NCBI GenBank assembly: GCA_002269645.1
Contig: NIVC01001300.1
Coordinates: 248,001 to 312,000 of the forward strand
Reading direction: 5' to 3'
DNA length: 64,000 bases
Source: Macrostomum lignano
Lineage: Eukaryota
Position 1 is the first letter of the stretch; every line of letters begins with the position of its first letter. The notes under the pieces were generated by a model. That model searched no databases, was not told where the DNA came from, and was given only the letters and a program-made list of their open reading frames with translations. Made by a program: the position numbers and the translations under genes. Below are positions 55,190 through 64,000 of this stretch, in pieces.

Positions 55190-58100
55190 ATGATGTTTCT
55201 TTTCATTTCTTTGTCGACTACTTTCTCGTGTAAGTATGTTTAGATATGTTCTGATGTACACGCACCTCTGAATAAAAAATTGGCAGATTATTATCTAGTT
55301 CAGATAGACCTATTTCTTTTTTTTCAGCTGTATCATCTGTTCAAAAACTTAAGTCGTGCACATACAGTAGCTGCAAGAATGGAGGCTATTGCTGGCCACA
55401 CCCAACTGATACATCACCTCCTTGTGTGTGTCCTGAGCCGTATTCGGGCTCACATTGCACAGTTCGTATCAAATACTGTTCAACAGAACCATCTAAGTGC
55501 CAGAACGGAGGCACCTGCAGCAGCAAAGATTCCAGTCCCTGGTACAGCTGCAGCTGCGCTCCCGGATTCACCGGTGAGTCAATAGCTATTCAAACCTGTG
55601 TTTTTTTAAGTTTTGATTATAAAAACATCAGGTAATTGCGTGAGGAATGTCAGTCCTAGAATTTCAATCAAGCACTAGCCGACACAAATTTGGTAAGCTG
55701 TGGGATACCTGTCAGATTATTTCTAAACGGGGGCTTCATCTACATTACTGACCTATTATACGTATCGATTTTTCAGTGGTGGTGAACTACGAGTGTAGCT
55801 AAAACTGATGGTTACGTAGAATTTTCTTAAATAATCATTTACCTTTACGAAATCACGGGACGGTTACTCAGTTGCTTCACTACTGCTATAGTGGTGTAAT
55901 CGTGATTTCGAATTGGCAGAAGTTGTATTAATTATAATCTCAGGTTATTGCAACCACTTTTAGGACCCTAATAACTTGCTGACACAATAGGCAACGAAGG
56001 CTAACAAAATACTATACGAGCGTAGATTTTCGCGATAAGAAGACGGATGACGAGTGACCAGAGTCTTCCAGTCCAGTCCCTTTGTCGGGTATTAACTTTT
56101 ACTGTCGTTTAATTTTTGATAGTTGTTGACAGCGTATGGATAGCATTTTGTTAAAAATATTGAAATGAGAAGCCAGACTGCATTGGTGAAATAACTTGGA
56201 CGGTATCGCACAAACTTTAGTCAGCTAGCTAAGTTTTGGTATGTTGGCACTTGTGTTATTTCTGACCAATGTCAGCTTGCAGACTACGTGAATGTAATCC
56301 GACACGCCTATTTAACTGACATCTGGGCGCGTCTCATGTATACGGAATGAGTGTACATGATGCTCGACCAACAAGCCAATTTGTCACAAAAACCTCACAT
56401 TTTTTACATTGTTTTTTCATGGAATTGAACTCCAACACTAAAATTAAATGGGACTGTTTTGAAACTTAGCCATAGGGTGTCATAACATTGTAACATCACA
56501 AGACAAAACGAACTATTTTACCACATGACCTGAAATGACGTGCTATGAAAAATGAAAACTGGCATGAAATTAAGTATTAATGCATTGATATGCATCCGCT
56601 CCTAGAAAGCAAATTAATGTAAAGAACCTAGTAGGAAAGGAAAACAGCTTAATCATTAGAACACTATGCTACTCCTCCCTTGGTCCGGCAATAACCAGCA
56701 TTCGTTTGTAACCGAAATCACATGAGGTACAAAATAAATGAGAAGATTGTGCAGTTGAGAAGCAAACTTAATTCGCATGAAAAAGTATTTTACAGCAAAA
56801 TTATGCAAATTATATAAGCAGAGTTCACCTCAGTGAAAACACATAGCGTTCTAAAGTTACAAAAAAGAGAAAAAATTGTTGGAAAATCAGTACCAGCCTC
56901 TGAAATAAAATATTTAATTTGGTCCTGTTTTTGCTGGCTATTTTCCACTGCAGGTCAGAACTGCGAGACGAACATTGACGATTGCCAGCCGAACCCGTGC
57001 AAAAACGGAGCGACATGCATCGATGGCATCAACTCGTACAGCTGCAAGTGCTACGATGGATTTGACAGTACAGACTGCTCCAATGAAATAATTGATTGCA
57101 CGCCAAACAGGTGTCACAACCATGGCATCTGTTTAGAGCGCAGCAACAAATACCTCTACGAAAAGCCCTCACTTCCGCCGCCATTCAACGGCACCTTCAA
57201 CTACTCCCTAGCAGCTGGCTTTGTCTGCCAGTGTCCGAAAGGTGAGATTAAATTGATGAAGCATTACTGCCTTACTGCCAACAAATGCCTGCTGTAATAA
57301 TATTTCTAAAACTACAGACTATCGCGATGACTACAATGATAACTAATAGCGCAATCTAAATCTTAGGTAAATTATAAATCTGTTGACACGGACACCATGA
57401 ATTAAAATAGAGTCGATGTGTTAAACAAAAAAAAATTGCTTTCTTAAAATCTAGCAAAATTAAGACTTAAGTTGAGAAAAATAAAATTTTCAGACTAGAA
57501 ATTATTATTGTAATTTAAAATTCCTAAAAGCTGAAACGACCCAAATATTGTATTAACAAACTACAATCATTGTACCATTCGCTAAATCGCTAAATTATCA
57601 TCAATTTCGCTGCTGCAAAACGGCTCTGCATCCAACTTTATAGCATCGAATTTTGCATACTTTGCCTACGGTAATGCTTTTCCTTGAAAATCACAGAGTT
57701 TCATATATTTAGTCTGTTTAAACCCAAGATTTGGTCAGACTTTCAGCAAAAGGTCTTCGTAGATCACGTTAAATTATTGGCTTCTACTGAAAACTACCAA
57801 AGTAAAATATTTCAAAACCTCTTTTCTGTCGTATATGCTAATAAAAAAAAATTCACTAGTAAGCATAGAACACTCAAAAAATACTACGCTCGGAGCTAAT
57901 AAGAGGAAAGTTACACAAATCGGGGTCACTAATAGCTCTGCCAGCTATTACCACTTGCAAAATACTTTTTAACAGGAGCCTACGGAGACACGTGCTCCAT
58001 CAACCCGAACGACTGTCTGAAACCGGACACCAACCGCAGCGTGTGCGCTCACGCGTCGAGCTGCACGGATGGCCTGGCCTCATTCACCTGCCACTGCCTG

Positions 58101-60321
58101 CCCGGCTACGAGGGCCCGACCTGCTCAGTCGACATCGACGAGTGCGAGCGAGTGCCTTGTCAGAATTCGGAGCCGTCTGCAAGGACCTGGTAGCGGATTA
58201 TGCCTGCACCGGCTGCCCCGCTGAGTTCGGAGGCAAAAACTGCAGCGTCAGACTGACTGGCTGCGACTCCAGCCCGTGCCAGAACAATGCTACTTGCGAG
58301 CCGCTGCTTCTTCAGGAGCTGCCGTCACCTGCTCACGGACATCGCTGCACCTGCAAGCCTGGCTGGTCTGGACCGCAGTGCAACGAGACCACTCTAGTTT
58401 CATTCAGCGGGACGTCCAGTTTCAGCGCCAATTTCACCACAACAGCTGACTGCACTTTCGAGCTGTCGTTCCGCACGACTCTCGCCCACTTCGACCTGGT
58501 CCGGCTCTCGTCTCACTGGGGAGACATCCGAGTCGGCGCTCACGACTCCAGTCTCGTGCTGTTGTTCTTCAATGCCTCATCGTCTGTGATTGGTCGAGTC
58601 GCTTGGCCAATCAGTGACAGCTTGGCCTCTGCTGATTGGCTGACGCTGTCGGTCTCGCTGACCAATGGCAGTGCGACATTGAGTCGCAGTGAGTCGGGAG
58701 TGAGTCAGCTGCCTCGAGCACAGCTGGTCGACGGTCTGTCGGACTCATTCAAGCCGAACAGTCGAATGTCGGTTCGTGTCGGCGGCGAGAGCGGATCCGG
58801 CATCGACGGCGGCGGCTTCCGCGGCTGCGTCAGAGACCTGCGGCTCGTGACGAACGACTCGACATTGGTAGCAACGGAGACCACGGCGGAGTCGAGCAAC
58901 GCGTCCTGGGGAGTCTGCAGTCGGTCGGTGCAGTGCGGCAGCCCGTCGCCTTGTGAAGTAAAGACGAGCTCGATGTGCTCAGATGTGTGGAATGACTTTG
59001 TGTGCCACTGCGCTGCGGACTTCGGAGGTCAAAACTGCTCTGTTGAGCTTCCATCGTTCTCACTGGGTGTGGGCGGCAGCGTGTCATCAGCGAGGTTCGC
59101 GTCTGCAGCAGGTGTGTCAAGTGTGTATGGCGGAGACTCGTGGACGATTGAGCTGAGGCTGGTGACTTTGTCTCGAGCAGCATTTCTGCTGCTGCTGGGC
59201 GACCCGAGCGACTTGGCGACCACTCCGAGACTGCTAGTTACGGTCAGTGTCCTTGTGGTGCTCCTCTGTAGATGTTCAAGGTGTTTTAAAGTCAGTTTTT
59301 GCTTTAAAATCTTTTCAGATCGATCACGATGGCCGTCTGTCCGCCCAGTTACTGCACGGCAACGGCTCCCTCATCGCAGGGCTGACGTCCCCAGACTCGG
59401 TGGCCAATGGAAGCTTCGTCTCAGTGAAGATCTCCGTGTCGATATCGGGTCGCTCACTGTCGCTGTCAGTGTCATCTTCAGTCAGGTCGGCATCGCTGAG
59501 CATTGCGAGTCCGCTGCCGCAGCTGTCAGGCCAGCTCATCATCGGCGGCTTCAGCGGCGCCAAGCCAGCTCCAGCTCCATCGTTTAATCCCAGCAGGCGA
59601 TCAAGACGATCGCTGGCGTCACTGCCAACTGCCGTTGCTCGGCTTCTTTCATCAAATATTTCTGCGTTTCGAGGTGTTATAGGCGCCACTAAAATTAATT
59701 CAGACCGGGCGTTGATCCTCAAACAAAACGATTCCAGTTGGACCGACAGGCTTCCAGCAGCCATTGTTGCCAGCAAGTCAGTAGGAGTCGCTTTATCTCT
59801 AAAGTTGAAACTCGTTGCGAGACTTCAAAATCTTGTCAGAATGACGCTACGTGTTGGAATTTTTTCTTTGTCACGTATAGGTAAGTTTATTAGCAATAGC
59901 TAATAAAATAGTCATTTATCATCGCACGTGAGTCCGAACTGTTGCAGGTGTGAGTGCGCAGCTGGGTGGCACGGTCCCACGTGTTCTGAGCCGGACTCTA
60001 TAACAAGGATTCAAAACAAGACTCACCGCCTAGAAGTGCGAGTGCCTTGATCGCAGGAATTGTTTCATCCACGATCATTATCATTGGCGCCTGCATTGGT
60101 GAGTCCGTTGTTTCACATAACTAACGAGCGAGGCTTCGTTATTCTGTTTAAATTCATTTTCACCTGCAGGTACTCTTGTTTTCCTGAAGCTCCGACGAGC
60201 TCACGAAGTGAAGCATCGAGGTCCGTGGGACAGATTCGACTTGAACGGCCCAACCGGTGTTCGAGTTGGACACCTGAGACCGGACGGAATGCCGCCGTGT
60301 CCACAGGAGGTGTTTTTCTGA
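55190..60321 (+). CDS. Gene D: Crumbs-like receptor (2 LamG, TM, PQEVFF tail) with three apparent frameshifts
   Basis: join(55190-55229,55328-55573,56954-57241,57976-59242,59319-59880,59948-60098,60170-60321). Frame breaks at ~58167, ~59795 and ~60000 may be a pseudogene or long-read indel errors. TM is [24 protein letters not shown]. The first exon is uncertain. Confidence 0.75.
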
Positions 60322-61130
60322 GCAGTCGATTGGTTCCTGTCAGTTAAGAAAAATCAGGCTGCTATTATTGTTGACATCCCATTGATTGTAGACATCTTAA
60401 TTCCTTTACCATTTACCGAAATTCTAATTTTCATTAAGCAAGTACTTGGGCCCCACATCTTAGCTTATTCTCATTTGAAAAGATCTACGTCTCTACGAGT
60501 ACTTAGCTCCGTCATTTATTTAAAAAATGTTTATGTACGTTTCTTGGGTGCAGAATATCCAGAACCTTCTTAAAGCGCGATAGACTATTTTAAGATTCAC
60601 AAAATCTCATTGCTTCATCCCCTTGAGTGTTCTATTATAAATTTACTTTAGGATTTTTCACGCTGGATCTCAGGCTCTGGCCAGCCTAACTTTCTTTTTT
60701 TGAAATTCGGCTTCTTTATTTTTATTATTTTACGCTCGAATTTGAACAAGGTAACAGAAATATTTTGACAGCTTTTACCGTAAAATCAATGCAGACGGAA
60801 AGGTATTTTTATATGAATTAAATACGCCTCTACTGCGCTGGTGTTCGGCGGCCAAGGTTTTCTTTATCTAGAGAAATTATAAGCAATGTACATGACAACA
60901 AAACCAGTGCCCGGTGCCCTATGACCTCACACAATTGACGGCTTAAAGGCTTTTTTGTGCCATCGAATAGCATCAAACAACTCCAACGGTGTACACAGGC
61001 CATGTAATTCAAAATTTGCCTTCCTTTATGGTGACGTGATTACAAATGGTTTTGCCATGGTTTTTTAGTGGGGGAAAAAGTCAAGAATTCTACCTGTACA
61101 TGTACGTTATTTCCAGAATCGGTGTTGTCA

Positions 61131-61490
61131 GCGCTCATTTTAGCGCCGCAGGCACTCATTTTAGTGCCGCAGGCACTCATTTTAGCGCCGCTGGCACTCA
61201 TTTTAGCGCCGCTGGCACTCATTTTAGCGCCGCTGGCACTCATTTTAGCGCCGCTGGCACTCATTTTAGCGCCGCTGGCACTCATTTAAGCGCCGCTGGC
61301 AGTCATTTTAGCGCCGCTGGCACTTATTTTAGCGCCGCTGGCACTCATTTTAGCGCCGCTGGCACTCATTTTAGCGCCGCTGGCACTTATTTTAGCGCCG
61401 CTGGCACTCATTTTAGCGCCGCTGGCACTCATTTTAGCGCCACTGGCACTCATTTTAGCGCCGCTGGCACTTATTTTAGCGCCGCTGGCA
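61131..61490. repeat. 21-bp minisatellite (GCACTCATTTTAGCGCCGCTG)
   Basis: About 17 copies. Confidence 0.95.
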
Positions 61491-63299
61491 CCATATTTAG
61501 ACACACTGAAGCAATTTTTTTTTTCAAAACGGGTCATGTGGATGCTGGGGACAAAACATTGGCCCCCTGGCCCCCTGTACCCCCCCCCTAACCGCCCTCC
61601 CCTTTCGGTGGCGACGCTCCTGAGCGTGAACGATCCTTAAAATGGAGAACAACTTAAACACCGGAATTGAGCCGGATCTTAAGGCTTGATTCCTTGCGAA
61701 GCTATGGAAGTGCTCCAAAATCGATGTCTCAAAGTTTTGAACTCTACTTGTTTCTGGACTATTTTTACTGATGATGTTAAGGGTATCTACAATAGTTGAT
61801 TAATTGCGTTGGAGTAAAGTGCATGTGTAGTAAAGATACGTGTACACGGGGCAAAAGCAACTCAGCGGTATAAACGTGCGCCTGACTCTGATGCCTTAGC
61901 CACCGCGGTTCTATCCCGTTATTATCGGATTAGAAAGACAGAACGGATGTACACTTTGTGTGTGTGTGCCTGTGTTCTGGCCGTCAGCGAGATGGTTGCC
62001 AGCAATGTCGCCAGGGCAAACCTGTAATTATTATCATGAAAGACTTATTATGAAGATTACTATACAGCCCAAAGTAAAACCCAATTGACTGTACAATGGA
62101 TGACTGCCCGCTCGGACTCCTTTTACCTTTTGCAGCTTAAGGAAGGGACTTGGATGCGATGCCTCAGTGTTTCTACTCAGTTTGGTCCGTAGCTTCACTT
62201 TAAGCTTCATTCTGGCGCTTGGTTGACACCCCTTTAAGCGATAGAAGTCAGTATAGTAGCCAGTGAGGTGACCACATGGGTTCATCTATTAGCTTGCTAC
62301 CGCATAAGGGCGCTGTCACAAATAGTGACACGAACTTGCACTACTAATTCGATGTGACGATGTGGCTGTCCAGGCTTCCAAATCTACGTCGTAAGTGTTT
62401 AATATGCTGTTACAACTTCTATATTTGATGAAGTTGACAAAGAATCTTGAATTCACAGTTTGGATAAGTTGATTTTGTCCACAAAAATTGATTCCGTAAT
62501 TATCAGTTGGTTCACATTGCTTCGGGGTCAATTGCAAGTACTGCTATCTTTCGACTGTGTTTTGAACTTTCATGAATTTTAATGCAGCATTTTTTATTGA
62601 GGATTTGATAAGATTCTCAATATCCTAAACGCAGCAGTGTTTTTTTCTACTTGCTTTTTTGCTTTCGCTAGACGTAAAGCAGCTTGAGCGCACTTGCGCA
62701 TACTTGACAAAAGAAAATGCGTAGGCGCATTTACGTGTTTTCTACTGGTGTACTCATGGTGCTAGTCATCTTTTTTCGTTGCCTTAATGTTCTATATGCT
62801 GAGCAAAGACATTGTTTGGGCTTTACGCCCATATATGCAGCCCTATTATATATATGAAAAACAAGTGGCTTCTCTGCTCTAGAAACAGTTCGTTTAAGTT
62901 TTGTAAACAAGCTATTTTTAGCAACAATAGAGAATCCAGGATTCTGCGAGTATAAGAAAATTGGCTACTTTATATGTATTGCTCAGTGAGCTGCATTATG
63001 CTATAAAGGTGTTTTTAAGAGTAAAAACAAACATTAATTTATTCTAAGAAGTCGAAAAGAGTTACTTAGACGCATCAACTTACGAGCGTAGCTTTTTACC
63101 GAAGTAAACCTTTTGATACCACCATCAATATGGCAAAAATGCGAGTCTACTCATGAACCTCTGCGACTTATTGGAAGAAGTTTTGTAGATTGCTAAGTAA
63201 CTTTTTAATAAATTCAAGATTTCTTTAAAGCGCAAAGGACATGAATAAGGTATTTTTTTAATCACAATGTCTTTTACTTTTGAGAGACTAGCAGACAAC

Positions 63300-63540
63300 A
63301 GTAGGGGCACCAGCCATAAGAGAGGGGCACCCACCGAGAGACAGGGGCGCCCACCAAGAGACAGTGGTGCCTACCAAGAGACAGTGGGCCTACCAAGGGT
63401 GCCCACCAAGAGACAAGGGTGCCCACCAAGAAACCGGGCCGGGTGTCTACCAAAGAGACAGTGGTAACTACCAAGAGACAAGGGTGCCAAACAAGAGACA
63501 GTGGCACCCACCAAGAGACAAGGGCGCCCACCAAGGTATG
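63300..63540. repeat. Degenerate ~19-bp repeat (GGGCGCCCACCAAGAGACA)
   Basis: About 11 imperfect copies. Confidence 0.75.
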
Positions 63541-63821
63541 AAATATTGGCATTTTTCAGGCTCTCTTCCATCAATACTTCTGCGTGCGCAACTGCTTCCT
63601 CCTGACTAAGCTAATGCCTCTTCTAGTAACTTATAATCACTTAATACCACCAGAAAACTTAGAAAAGACAAAGTACTGAAAATAACTAATAATTTACTTG
63701 CATTGTCCATGTTTGACGCTCATTTTACGTTGGTGATTTCACTCAGCTGTTCAGTTGTAGGTTCTATAAGTAGCTAGCTTCGAGTAAATCGTTTCTTCTG
63801 ACTCATACTACTCACCTGCAG

Positions 63822-63966
63822 TTCTTTGCAACGGTTTTGCTCGCAATCGCCTTCAATCCGCTCGTCTTTGCCAGAAGAGTAAAATGCGATTTGAAATGCA
63901 AAAATGGTGGAACATGTGAAAAACAGCAAGGTACAGACGTATGTACTTGCAGCCCTGGTTACAACG
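63822..63966 (+). CDS. Gene E: signal-peptide-like stretch + first EGF exon (partial)
   Basis: cctgcag|FFATVLLAIAFNPLVFARRVKCDLKCKNGGTCEKQQGTDVCTCSPGYNG|gtgagt, with the same phase-1 end as the first EGF exons of genes A-D. Confidence 0.7.
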
Positions 63967-64000
63967 GTGAGTACTTTTGTTGACAAAGCAGACTGCAAGG

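Overview
Eukaryotic (metazoan) genomic DNA; the repeat landscape and intron style suggest a flatworm such as Macrostomum, but that is inference only. By walking GT-AG splice sites with consistent phases I reconstruct a head-to-tail, all plus-strand array of at least four, probably six, cell-surface receptor genes. Gene 0 (432-825) shows only its cytoplasmic tail. Gene A (1964-5503) is a 179-aa mini receptor: signal peptide, 2 EGF, TM, Cys-rich tail. Gene B (6029-38378) is a 1404-aa Crumbs-architecture protein (17 EGF, 3 laminin-G, TM). Gene C (41716-52588) is a rearranged paralog with 1 LamG, a possible alternative N-terminus and a tyrosine-motif tail. Gene D (55190-60321) has 2 LamG and three frameshifts. 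Gene E starts at about 63822. None of the five reconstructed tails keeps the canonical Crumbs GTY/ERLI motifs. B and D share a new GVRVGHLR...PQEVFF end, and genes 0 and C carry ITSM/ITIM-like tyrosines plus SH3-type proline motifs. Introns hold a nearly intact LOA-like LINE, two Mag-like Gypsy elements (one ending in an inverted copy of its own LTR start), a 2.2-kb solo-LTR-like insert, SINEs, MITEs and many mini/microsatellites. These repeats explain most of the long ORFs in the supplied track.
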